DNA of 64,000 nucleotides from a virus, in IMG/VR virus record IMGVR_UViG_3300010412_000005, positions 12,546 through 76,545 of that record; one strand, written 5' to 3'. Shown piece by piece: positions 23,501-29,998 of the stretch (positions within the stretch are counted from its first letter, which is position 1; every line of letters starts with the position of its first letter). The translations under genes and the position numbers were made by a program. Below the pieces are notes generated by a model, which did not search any database, was not told the origin of the DNA, and was given only the letters and a program-made list of their open reading frames with translations.

Positions 23501-24996
23501 AGACAGTGTTCTCAGCTATGCACGCAGTAGAAAGCAGCCTTCGGCACAACTACCTGAGAGCTAAGGATCGTGGTGCTGATCCTCGCATCGTTGGAACAAT
23601 TCTTCCAACTGATGTGCTGCCGCGTTGGTTCAGGCTTCCGCGCAACAATCTGTCGGCGCTGTCTGATCTGAAGAACTGGTTCCAAGGTGCTGCCGTTGAT
23701 CTCAAGGGCGCAATCAATGACTTCTATGATCGCCTTGATGCTGCCGGTGATGATCCGAAAGCTCTTGGTGAGGTTCGGTTCCTTGATCATGAGCAGATCT
23801 GGAATCTTGCTCAGCAGCATCTTGAGGATGTTAACGTGGCAACGCCCGCCAACCGTCCAGCCATCGCAAAACGGAACACGATCAACCGTATTCTGTTCGC
23901 ACTCAAAGGATGGAGATGGAACATGTTCAGCAAGATCATGGACATGATGGGTGGTGCCATGATGAAGCATGAGAGCGTGGCGCTAAGAGCATGGGAGAAG
24001 TTTGGAAATATGTATTACATCCTATCCGCAGCAGCCATCGGTGGTCTCGCTGGGTATTGGTTGTTGGAGACGCTGACAAGGGCGATCTACCTTGCGCTAT
24101 TCGGAGAGATCCGAAGCGTCAGAAAGCTTGAGGATGTGTCTGCTAAGCCAACCGAAGTTGCTGTCGGAATGGCATCCATCGTTCCGTTCCTCGATACCGC
24201 TGTGAACCTCACGTTCAACACGCAGCCTTCCAAGGCAAGATTCAGTCCTGGAAGTCTGGTCGACAGCATGATGCTTCAGGTCATGAACTACGTTGCTGGT
24301 GCATACAACAGCAAGGATCTGACTTACGGTGTCGACCGCGCTGTCGTGACGTTACAGCCGACAATCGGCAAGCTTGTGATGAACAGGATGCCGGGTGCTA
24401 CCGGCAAGATCGAGAACTGGAATGCCAGCAGGCTCCTGATCAGGCATGGCGAAGATTCGTGGCTCAGGGAGTCAAGGTTCGGTGGTCAGATGTCTGGAAT
24501 GTTCGTGACTCCATACACGCCAATCGCTGACCGCATGGTGAACGCAGCCATGCAGAACGATATCGGAAGGGTCCAGGAAGAATACATGGACGGCGTGACT
24601 CAGATGGTGATGAACGAGAACATCCCATACGAGGAAGCCCAGCGTCGTATGCGTCAGATGTTCACCAGTCGCAATCCATACGACCGCGCATACAAGCGCA
24701 GGCTGACATCTATGGAAAGGGCTCAGGTCCTCAACAAGATGGACATGGACGACAGGGACAGAGTCCAAGCTGTTGAGCGCAAGTTTGAAGCAGCAGCCAA
24801 CGCCATCGGCGCGAACGTGAACTTCGAAAAGCAGGAGCGTCTGTTCAAGGCTGGAAAGACAGCAGTATCGCGGTTGCAGGCCATTCGAAAGCAGAGACGT
24901 GCAATGCTCATGAGCAACTCTGCAGCTCGCAGGGCGAGCATAAACATCATGGATCGCAGTCGTGGACTGTTGACTCGTGGACGAGTCTTACTATGA
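11512..24996 (+). CDS. giant (4494 aa) ejection / polyvalent-type virion protein
   Basis: Uninterrupted ORF; Gly/Ala hydrophobic segments near N-terminus, coiled coils, degenerate zincin-like EELAH...DEFFAH near aa 2644, hydrophobic C-terminal region. Confidence 0.75.
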   Translation: MPESYDPFSDLQDPNVAVSEPPLPPAPGRPAAPQEQQFDRKQFVVDVLEDIERSPEYQAYKRNRKEAALKEELRQQRQRTADFGESVLGNLLHLKSGDLQLAKIGAIFSGWANRKLGMPEAAAVADRKADEYRQEQKEIRSAIDGLNMGAVARTAGQFGESFIVSSPTLVVPGTAATAAARAGLGVAGASMVGLGAGAGVGGGISGISVYDDARDQYIAQGFSEEEASEMAKYPGWVSGIGTAAITALFGRTGVERSAFLKLPKDKVIGVLRQVFNQAGLEGLEEGADEIYQKITGYLTYHPDMPVEQAISEVGAAFGLGMAMGGGVEILGQIVNMSPPEIKALNEREFPRPQERPKTRKEAEGSPILPASTPKQGQTKPTVKSVQSNEEAARQLWGAMKPEERLKVIGPQGAAAPLPLEAINWEDLTEEEQLKVYDQFNLSVEPVGGRIPATAPAMPTAEDLAENERLTKAMRMSLIGSPEHEAAWAAKEQLKAKYGGHDLTKIGTEVPVAEAAAPAEPTAPGDQAWATRLSPSDSLAVRSAEPIDPTTITSVTKDTNDAGQTVYAIIYDNGKYIGYDDNPAWELHPLFGKKITPAAPAAPAEPGALANHADQVTVPQGIPASENTAYRSLETNPQITVEEFAGMDNEQRANHARSIGLNATGLSYAVGHNATVTENDILLLKTAYDQARARGQQLADESSKRTLTDAELNELSQLGQVENAMAEAIGAATDTGSAGFTLRKLPNYRPNFRGLINEPKRQSNQPEVKAAKNRAVTEVTAQTSDIPTTLATNLPDDQEQLAREQVFKGLKPAEFSPAQAKIYKGRDRANYDKRVLELRALAFIAPTLARGETLVFPDTATLGKIKKNHPGIYRLLQDEISRLTTPPRADTPSQEAAASTPTQDLPKNEDQSNPLSLKEMSKSAVEHFISTLNLLKQAAESKVRSAKHVKKQKSVLAKQGKTLKEFKKVQALHAEALQEVSRIEKRVAGLRSQLAEAAAVAPTAENARSILTTLVSRTQNKLRLARINSQRLQEQHDSLIAQAQAALDAVPVGPASPTTLAKIADLRARAETLGKKKMAQVKTVESLQAEIKEYQRQIEDIKRMPKDAPIDREAIRSQIKDLEARRQRVSEKIPGRAEAMDTLRKRLVDLELQYRKAFLEEVDERSGGKVSEFMQKREAAGAEYRGTSWAIANIRAALATYGYQFDVQPYVRKFVEREVTDPVTGQKAVIKEYTRRIGGTVGAVIAQRLRAGDVEVAEQFEANDFLTIRPVPNFFVREGEEINWPEAAKSFLTLIEKPTEAQKKSAEGVTSSDSFVAWFKENIVPAVMGIQERLSKAEAALTELQNSVSDFGLTKQSTWSYDAKSNEFKWGIDSFLAPDPNYVVWMSEINSRSPLGSDPSSTVVIPPGAGQSLPLEPDFEGEQVKIPHVHPGDRPQTKEGMFNPGKGDVTWQIAYYTQDDDGRMGDTIVVLQRSHHRVFHIVTIKDGVVVEDVRAPQDKTTGRTNYKTAVQAAQSKLKGKIQSAFWTAERGFQIPTVYSLSPLTDGTVPSNVSGQGSVLWTPAVELDSIEDALYRAAAAGELRPGMSKDAISKAVTKAVAGISPWHYSAYKKSFQAQRYWRSQAENIIRNATQDAIMATQIASSGRKPNTEVLARAFGIANPTFTPKKMPKLELAQAEYIRRALSVPRGTTDFQETVEVESTFEVKYPRTTQTRENGSRVVSIELDHPTAPAVLGTPYFRRTTPLVAKQEDSIIITKDGRAYGWFVFTEATTAAEKNNIFATIDGNPSATAYTETVTKRAPRMKMDPADRVEHAEDYLQSRVVQRLEQPTNNPTTQQLAAEAAATVDKLRETKTGRDILQNFLEDARDVRLGRSRFVNNMLRLFNTASFSEQYAVQVDDSTVERYVDVSIPNVMEKTRVLVEANTTNEEAYAAAVSQLVDQMSMAVSPQMLRIFGVSGATYSEMSYEPNLDGYVRLKKGMEAPENRVRIKELNDIADLGKNHPSYKLVKGRFTMGVGYERMAELLAEVGLNPSLLTKPKPGQNVQLEFVGDDGVTKIMHTIATPKTNERVLRRKTKAGKVVETKIPFESVVVGKMFDYYVERIQQIYKRIQDHQVARANMKALVARRLFAEAFRLPIIEGPFKGVLLQAKNQQRNPRHQMLGRAKAVIGAEQAAAGKKAEEEYLPEIDTSGFYEYRLVSNKIWTKAKFETDENVKFQASFIPLGTVLLQVESEGEFHNRQTVSTNAMEAEEVELERKKGETDEEYEERVEMAKLKSRFDVKAVEAFLAVEKQPKTGRHFARIVIRGGTKAKPEWETIYRVDLQKLQNSGLAKPFTKEETKSGKTDGWYINRHAVNNSAWWEVAKPDRRDYLSPEDFANYYPHKLGLLPGDVLAQARWVSMVSEGSDAERIINERVSGLSSTSVGTFNQKITEAAPDTFSATRFNMEDVEGGNLMDWLEENLSKSAKGIEILKRIHSIDPLAELTPEGRDPWQIVRDEILVINGIPIGKDATKTQEQLALADKIEKSLNRVHESRVSGGVQFRGGGRRTRISDVNPDVINKPAIGKAAIRELINTENNGLSPRAKRLANLMLDVLPDTILEDLTFVITPGYEIGNDATVEYTGSFSHAWRIARFVSTSGSVHTAAEELAHAAAMFLPAEHKGAVEEYRQIEIRQALENPTTPEIVKTFLKDMEANGGAFTSEDFMHRRGNQYLLPYYHLINTDEFFAHNMVAATDRKGRTNLQKAVDKAKSIISGFLKGIKKAMRMMNAQRDSYFDELIAKFEAGDFEVTANGGFLHEINKDVDMGAVAVAWTAGQVKRQAETIPVSTAGGPALAFTKAQRGTVIAAGNVEPYTILSALTAKREAQGRKLSAKAKQICLIDNFQEVIETVRNVFKVPIGQFKDTITNLPAVWLKEQTILAASSSVNFIRERMNKVKKARDTWMAKLTSPKFIQDMRKFAKLKIEVLGQEAIAARLEERIKSHLALLRARLADPNLDPNSPLAANAAREIDLYESYMTYSMGIAQKVEQMITALSLTEQGNELLQNPWGNLDPRAVTKAYKDTAPPPEQLQVGNAIIEAAAYFIATEPAIRQLMAAAVYQADPEVANLTDQLTMDMTNMMDELVKAPAGLRAVGKGDDLVNKFMRLIRATQKSTAAETKAKTVMRAQQIKLRKVINRAQMLDEAYEFYQELMADPDWIAYEGEIADLAGALHIPENWKHVGSDPVSGIVKMPLPMTAPKVTTSGTENAYHVVKLHDNLARWEAERVKVQESIDQMTQWLVNNGNDETLDAKYFKSMIKYGQMLLDSSLVNDIQGNHQGGFNFINAIFNKWTAMWEGIARSAPVRAIQNSRIAVRAWSDSMLLMNKWYQKWGDRIATLLHKATDSHSDIVDISDRNKSVYDWFNEVGRELFHLANEGYDPKAGDTLPDAQIEITQDDINCLKEMVTAADEAYEIDVTRGREVIPSRTVTDEFIPGMPYQRRAMKLVQYMLPRTFNKAAMDFTKKWLIEHAGYDADRNNYSFRDMAGATELLDQHWYLLKAFLSDRDLGFTDKKSPLEVGAYPALLEKIRNEEITNVEDFLAALDTFSITEENFDARQQFWKDFFHLQKGIYNKAVTDKSSETDSQRKGVYIPFEQENSFTRGRGQRIAPYAWYNHGFHSTAQTMSFMLNGSSHYLNWVSRSVEDSILVLKDMQDDYQKRIDALEGKREPSKETRKRRLIEETKANRQAMRLNEERIKLEDIDSTIKALRDFRTELQKVFASEGKLLEEETLQWNRFFGLYMGGAISSFRTGIQNMLQSAIGYSSWRLQRLRGGIFSVWPQHAFRLTWDLAQMAPYSAIRAIYDAAPFIGKVHYIKALKEMGMLFSVSNYQKYGLANIPRQVTLTLNELFSDMVQDLADGAWKRGRIYRELAERGLNNPFNTRYHLESVAESFTSLGRITYKETDKPVAAEGPVDWVWKQMWNVLKTTGKGMLGAVDIGMALTIRPFLPRAGDMMANQVAAETVFSAMHAVESSLRHNYLRAKDRGADPRIVGTILPTDVLPRWFRLPRNNLSALSDLKNWFQGAAVDLKGAINDFYDRLDAAGDDPKALGEVRFLDHEQIWNLAQQHLEDVNVATPANRPAIAKRNTINRILFALKGWRWNMFSKIMDMMGGAMMKHESVALRAWEKFGNMYYILSAAAIGGLAGYWLLETLTRAIYLALFGEIRSVRKLEDVSAKPTEVAVGMASIVPFLDTAVNLTFNTQPSKARFSPGSLVDSMMLQVMNYVAGAYNSKDLTYGVDRAVVTLQPTIGKLVMNRMPGATGKIENWNASRLLIRHGEDSWLRESRFGGQMSGMFVTPYTPIADRMVNAAMQNDIGRVQEEYMDGVTQMVMNENIPYEEAQRRMRQMFTSRNPYDRAYKRRLTSMERAQVLNKMDMDDRDRVQAVERKFEAAANAIGANVNFEKQERLFKAGKTAVSRLQAIRKQRRAMLMSNSAARRASINIMDRSRGLLTRGRVLL

Positions 24997-25771
24997 TGCG
25001 CACATGACCTACGCTGTAGCTATTGGCGCTGCTGGTTACCCTCACTTCGTTGAGTTGAACATCTGCCTTGTCAGGGACGTCCTTGGCAAGGACACACCTG
25101 TCGTTGTGTGTGACGACTACTCACAGGATAGCCCACAGATTGAGCGAGTAGCAGCGAAGCGAGATTGTTTCTACATGCGCAATGACGTTCCCCTTGGCCA
25201 CTTTCAAGGGGATGTCCAGGCGTTTATACATGCCCTATCACTTGCTGAGGTAGAGAAGCGAGACATTGCTTTGAAGCTTAGCCAACGCTGCTCGATCTGC
25301 AGTCCAGATGTGAAGGCTATCGTTGAAGCAGCGTTCCTAGCAGACGATAAGATCTCAGTTGTATGCCCAGGAAGACCTGACCCTCGAAGAATCAGGAAGG
25401 GTCACGAACAGTTTGCTCGCTTCCCAATCCTCACCGACATCGTATTCATGAAGGCGAACTCAGTATCGCCAGAGTTCATCAAAGAAGCGTATCTCCAGCA
25501 GGTAAGGAACGGTAAGGCTTACCACGATTGCTTCGTTGAGGTTTTCTTTTGGAACCTGAAGGAGAAGCAGATGCCGAACCGCGTCCACCTTTGCCCCGCT
25601 TTGACCGACCATCGCGGTGGGCAGCCGCCGCTTTACTTGCGCCGTTATCAGAACACGCAGCTTGACTACCAGCGCTACGGCGACCGATATGGGATACATC
25701 CAGTCGCTTGGGAACTGGAGGAGCGGGTGAAGCTGACGAAGCGCTACGATCCACGTCCGAAGGCGTTTTGA
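24977..25771 (+). CDS. GT-A fold (family 2-like) glycosyltransferase
   Basis: PVVVCDDYS followed by YMRNDVPLGHFQGD, like GT2 N-terminal motifs. Confidence 0.65.
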   Translation: MDESYYDAHMTYAVAIGAAGYPHFVELNICLVRDVLGKDTPVVVCDDYSQDSPQIERVAAKRDCFYMRNDVPLGHFQGDVQAFIHALSLAEVEKRDIALKLSQRCSICSPDVKAIVEAAFLADDKISVVCPGRPDPRRIRKGHEQFARFPILTDIVFMKANSVSPEFIKEAYLQQVRNGKAYHDCFVEVFFWNLKEKQMPNRVHLCPALTDHRGGQPPLYLRRYQNTQLDYQRYGDRYGIHPVAWELEERVKLTKRYDPRPKAF

Positions 25772-26156
25772 TTCCAACAGCTTTCAGGTATTTCTGGAAT
25801 GCTTCTCTGCACAGCCACTTCGTTTTGCTTGATCTGATCACATCATCATCGCTGTGAGGAGTGCTGGTCTCGACGATGACGTTCGAGGAATCAACACCTA
25901 TGAACGAGTGCCAAGTCTTGCGAGGAATAGTTACGCAATCAGATGGAACAAGCAGCGTGCATTCGTTGCCTATGACAAGGATCACCCGGCCACTCATAAC
26001 TGTGAACGTCTCGGTCTTCTTCGGGTGCTTGTGGTAGCTGCACTGCCATGCCTTGTTGAGGATGAGAATCTTGCCGCAGTATAGAGAGTTGTTCTCAAGC
26101 CACAGCTCTTGACCCCAGTCTTTGTGGTGTATTTCCCAGGTGCGTTTCTTGATCAT
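25479..26156 (-). CDS. cupin (sugar isomerase-like) protein with long C-terminal extension
   Basis: KDWGQELW...YCGKIL...CSYHKHPKKTETF...IPRKTWHSF...VETSTPH cupin motifs in the first ~110 aa. Confidence 0.8.
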   Translation of the reverse strand: MIKKRTWEIHHKDWGQELWLENNSLYCGKILILNKAWQCSYHKHPKKTETFTVMSGRVILVIGNECTLLVPSDCVTIPRKTWHSFIGVDSSNVIVETSTPHSDDDVIRSSKTKWLCREAFQKYLKAVGIKTPSDVDRSASSASPAPPVPKRLDVSHIGRRSAGSQAACSDNGASKAAAAHRDGRSKRGKGGRGSASASPSGSKRKPQRSNRGKPYRSLPAGDTLL

Positions 26157-27673
26157 AGGACCATCTTTCTCATTTCATCTACGGCGTTTATTACTTGGTC
26201 GATTGTGACTGCACGCATACACTCACCGTTGCTCTTGGTGAATGTCGTTCCTCGTTCTCTATGCCTCGCTCCAATCTCGGGGAAAAGATCCTCATCAGCC
26301 TGAAGTGTCACGCACCATCCAGAGCTTAGGATGAACTCTGGATATGTGACTCCGAATATGGCAATGGATGGGAGCTTTTGAGACATGGCTAGATGAAGTG
26401 GAAAGCTGTCCAGACCTATGAACATGTCTGACTCTGCCATGATTGCCGCGCTTTGGTGAATGTCAGTGCGTCCTCTGTAGTCTAATGAAGCTGAGATTGG
26501 AAACGTGTTGTGACTTCCAAGGACAATCACCGCCCATCCGTTCTGCTTCAAGTAATTCGACACTGCAGCAAATCCACTCATGCTCCAGTTCTTTCCAGCC
26601 CATGTGGTTGGACCTGGGGCTATGACTGCTCTTGGCCTGTGAACCTGGGCCAGTTGTTGCTTAGCCCATTCAGTGCTCTCCTCATTTACAGGCATGTCCA
26701 GAGAATAGTCAGTCACCTTCACATCAGCCACTTCAGCGTAGCTGTCGATGATGTGCTTCATCGGCCTGTTCTCATACGCCATGTTCAGGTCAATGATCAG
26801 TGAGTCTGCACCTGGACGCAGGCTTTTCGTAGCTGTGTGAACCAGAGGATTGTTCGCAAACAGAGCTGGGAACTGCGTGATGATGTATATTGGAGACAGG
26901 GGCTTATCCTTCTTCAACTGCTTGATGATTGGAGTTGTCAGAAGAACGTCTCCAATAGCCGCATCGCGCTTGATGACGATTGGGTAGTTGAACTTGCGCA
27001 CCTTCAGATAATGCGCCCATACCCTACAGAGTGTCAGGTGGTTTTTCTCCTGAAAGAACCGAACGCGAGATACATGACGGGCAGTTGTGTTTGGCCAATG
27101 AAGAACCCTGATGCCAACTCTGTGTATGCTGTATCCTTTTTCCCTGCACCGCAAACTCAGATCAGAGTCCTCTCCGTAGGCAAACTCCAGGTAGTTGCTA
27201 AAAAGACCCAGCCTCTTGATAACTTCGGTCCTGCACATGAGGCAGGAGCCTTCAAGGTATTCGAATGCTCCTGGCTTTCCGTGAAAGTGCGGCGTGATCT
27301 CTGAGCAGTTTCCGAAAGGTCCACTAAGAGCAGCCTTTGGATCAGTCTTAAATGGTTGCTCAAGCTGTCCCAGCCAATGGGGTGGAACGGCGGTGTCGTT
27401 GTTGAGCAGGACGAAATAGGGAGTGTCGCATAGTGAGAACGCATACTTGTGTGGAATTTGGAATCCGTAGTTCTCAGGATTGTTGACTATCGTAACTGAA
27501 CCTGCTGGAAGCTTCTTCTGCACAGACTCGAATAGATTGAGAGTCCTATCTGTGCTTCCGTTGTTCGTTAGGATGAGATTGTAATCCCTGCTGTGCGCTA
27601 TGACTGACTCAAGGCACCGCTTGGTTACGTCCACCTTATTGAAGGCAACAATGCTGACAGTGTATCGCGCCAT
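26153..27673 (-). CDS. GT2 + GT9 (heptosyltransferase-like) fusion glycosyltransferase
   Basis: N-half NNGSTD, LLNNDT, YGEDSDLSLR (GT2); C-half AAIGDVLLTTP, KNWS, FIGLDSFPLHLA, IAIFG (GT9). Confidence 0.88.
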   Translation of the reverse strand: MARYTVSIVAFNKVDVTKRCLESVIAHSRDYNLILTNNGSTDRTLNLFESVQKKLPAGSVTIVNNPENYGFQIPHKYAFSLCDTPYFVLLNNDTAVPPHWLGQLEQPFKTDPKAALSGPFGNCSEITPHFHGKPGAFEYLEGSCLMCRTEVIKRLGLFSNYLEFAYGEDSDLSLRCREKGYSIHRVGIRVLHWPNTTARHVSRVRFFQEKNHLTLCRVWAHYLKVRKFNYPIVIKRDAAIGDVLLTTPIIKQLKKDKPLSPIYIITQFPALFANNPLVHTATKSLRPGADSLIIDLNMAYENRPMKHIIDSYAEVADVKVTDYSLDMPVNEESTEWAKQQLAQVHRPRAVIAPGPTTWAGKNWSMSGFAAVSNYLKQNGWAVIVLGSHNTFPISASLDYRGRTDIHQSAAIMAESDMFIGLDSFPLHLAMSQKLPSIAIFGVTYPEFILSSGWCVTLQADEDLFPEIGARHRERGTTFTKSNGECMRAVTIDQVINAVDEMRKMVL

Positions 27674-27674
27674 A

Positions 27675-28436
27675 TCACAGCGACCCTCGTTCTCTCAGCC
27701 ACTGATGTGCGAAAGTTGGGTGGTATCCTTTATAGGATTGAAGCTTGTCGCACCAGTCGCCAACTTCCCACCAGTCATGCCTGTTCTGTTGTTCAAATTC
27801 AATGAACCTTTTGTCTGCCTTGCCAAACCAGAGCATGTTGTTCTCCCTGTTCTTCCTGTAGAACGCCTGATAATCGCGGAGGAATCCGTAGTGAAAGATG
27901 CGAAGCTCAGGGTGCCTCTCTGCACGTTCTCTTATAGGAGGTTCGCCATCGTGATACGGTTCATCTGATGGCATGAACAGCTCTGACGGACCCATTCGAG
28001 CAACGTATCTGCCAACGCAATGGCCATCAGGTATCAGCGTCCACGCATCTCTTACGAAGTTGAGTCTCTCAAACCATGCGCATGCTTTGCGTTCTGCAAT
28101 ATCCAAGACTCGCTTGTGGCATTCCTCGCTGTCATCGAGAACCTCGTCTGCATCTAGCCACAGTTGCATTGGATGCTTCAGCAGCTTACGAGCTTCGTTG
28201 ATCGCATTCACAAACCAACGTGGCTCACCGACAGGATACGTCCAAGGGACCTGGACAACCTTGATCCTTGGCCATTCAATCGACAGTGCAGCCAGTCTGG
28301 ATTGAGTGTCGTCTGTGCTTTCAGCATGACAGATGACTATCTCATCGCATACAGGGACTAAAGACCGCACGCACTCTTCGATGCAGATATCGAAGGTGGT
28401 AGCGTTTCTGACGAATGTGTAGCCAGAGATCTTCAC
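27675..28436 (-). CDS. family 2 glycosyltransferase
   Basis: ISGYTFVRN, CDEIVI, STDDT, WLDADEVL, IFHYGF. Confidence 0.85.
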   Translation of the reverse strand: MKISGYTFVRNATTFDICIEECVRSLVPVCDEIVICHAESTDDTQSRLAALSIEWPRIKVVQVPWTYPVGEPRWFVNAINEARKLLKHPMQLWLDADEVLDDSEECHKRVLDIAERKACAWFERLNFVRDAWTLIPDGHCVGRYVARMGPSELFMPSDEPYHDGEPPIRERAERHPELRIFHYGFLRDYQAFYRKNRENNMLWFGKADKRFIEFEQQNRHDWWEVGDWCDKLQSYKGYHPTFAHQWLRERGSL

Positions 28437-29194
28437 AGTGCTCCGCGTTCTTTGAGCCAGTCGTGGGCAATAAGGGGATACCTGCCGTCATGGGTAAGGC
28501 ACCGATCCTTCCAAGGAACGTAGTGCCAGTATTCCTTACCCTCGTTGACAGCCTTTTCGATTGTTCTGTCCCATGTTCCGAAGAACATGTTCTGCACGTC
28601 CTTGACCTTCTCAACCATCACCGATTGCTTGCGCATGAATCCAAGATGGTAGATGACGAACGAAGGATGGTTTCTGCCCATACGGCGCATGTCGCATTCT
28701 CCGTTCGGTTGCGGTTCATCGGCTGGCATGAAGAGTTTCGTAGGCCCAAGTCTGGCAACTTTGTGACCGCATACAACGTCATGAGGAATGATTGTGCGGA
28801 CGTTTCTGATGAAGTTGACTCGGTAAAACCATCCACACCAACCATTCTCTGCCCATCTTCGCATGACTTCATAGGTCATCTTGTCGTCGTTGAGGACTTC
28901 GTCGGCATCCAGGTAGAACTGACAGTCATACTTCAGGTGCGCACGAACCCTGTTCATCCACTTGATGATACAGTAAGGATCGTTGACTGGGTTCGGCCAA
29001 GGTAGGTTGATGACTCGTAATTGAGGAACCTGAGATTTGAGACTTTCGAGAAAGTCACGCGTTCCATCATCAGAGTCGGAGTCGCAAGCCACGATCTCAT
29101 CGCATACAGGAGCCATTGATCGGATCGCCAGATCCACGCAATAGTCATGCTTGATGACGTTCCTTGCACATACATAGCCAGAGATGTTTTTCAT
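28433..29194 (-). CDS. family 2 glycosyltransferase (paralogue of neighbour)
   Basis: ISGYVCARN, CDEIVA, SDDGT, YLDADEVL, IYHLGF; start set at ATG 29194 (ATGA overlap). Confidence 0.85.
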   Translation of the reverse strand: MKNISGYVCARNVIKHDYCVDLAIRSMAPVCDEIVACDSDSDDGTRDFLESLKSQVPQLRVINLPWPNPVNDPYCIIKWMNRVRAHLKYDCQFYLDADEVLNDDKMTYEVMRRWAENGWCGWFYRVNFIRNVRTIIPHDVVCGHKVARLGPTKLFMPADEPQPNGECDMRRMGRNHPSFVIYHLGFMRKQSVMVEKVKDVQNMFFGTWDRTIEKAVNEGKEYWHYVPWKDRCLTHDGRYPLIAHDWLKERGAL

Positions 29195-29442
29195 TTGAGT
29201 CTCTTCATCCAATCTTCAGCTGCACCAGCTTTAATAAGGAACTCCTTCAGAACATTGATGACATCCTCGCGACGTGCATTGGACACGTAGTTCATCGTTC
29301 CTTGCTTGTCCTTGTCGTCGTTAAACCCGAAGGTGAACAACACAAATCCAAACCCATCAGGAATAGTTGCCTCGATCTGCTGAGCGGCATCTTGGAGGTA
29401 TTGCTTATATCCGTCTGGTAATGGCTGGGGATCACTTGTCAT
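29191..29442 (-). CDS. hypothetical phage protein
   Basis: 83 aa coupled to neighbours; GFVLFTF...NYVSNARRED. Confidence 0.7.
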   Translation of the reverse strand: MTSDPQPLPDGYKQYLQDAAQQIEATIPDGFGFVLFTFGFNDDKDKQGTMNYVSNARREDVINVLKEFLIKAGAAEDWMKRLK

Positions 29443-29998
29443 GTCTAACCTTGAGAACTGCCAGCATTGTTCCTTCTATGTGCATGACGTCATACTCGGG
29501 CGGCAGTTCTTTTAAGACCCGAGTAGGACCATCCTCGCACTTACTCTCCACGTCATGCCACATGATCGTCAGGTCACGTGTCTTGGCGTAGTCCAAAGCT
29601 TTCATGGTATCCACTCTGACATAGTCATACTGATGGTTTGCGTCGATGAACACGAAGCCAATGCCATCTGGATACGGAAAGATCCTGCTGTCGATGCTGT
29701 ATGTTCTGACGTTAGGAAGATGCTTTGCCTTAACCGCTACGCGAGCAGCAGCGTCCTCGCATGTTAGGGTTGGCATGTTCTTATTGTCTTCCCAGTCAAC
29801 CGCATGGACAATCCTGTCTGGAAATCGAAGAGCAAAGTTCAGCGTTGTGTGACCTACGTTGGCTCCAATTTCGAGGATGTCACCTTTGCACTCACCAGCA
29901 AGTTGGAGGAGAATCTGCGTCTCTCCAGGTCCTGTGTAGTGCGGTGGAGCTGGTAGTGGTTTCTCAAACCAACCTGGGTTCTGTGGAATCGTTCGCAT
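29432..29998 (-). CDS. class I SAM methyltransferase (Methyltransf_24-like)
   Basis: ILEIGANVGHTT, VHAVD, FVFIDANHQYDYVRVD, IMWHD. Confidence 0.85.
   Translation of the reverse strand: MRTIPQNPGWFEKPLPAPPHYTGPGETQILLQLAGECKGDILEIGANVGHTTLNFALRFPDRIVHAVDWEDNKNMPTLTCEDAAARVAVKAKHLPNVRTYSIDSRIFPYPDGIGFVFIDANHQYDYVRVDTMKALDYAKTRDLTIMWHDVESKCEDGPTRVLKELPPEYDVMHIEGTMLAVLKVRHDK

Noticed and set aside
11512-24996. Virion RNA polymerase in the giant protein
   Set aside because: No DxDGD or other polymerase motif recognised; cannot be excluded without structure search.
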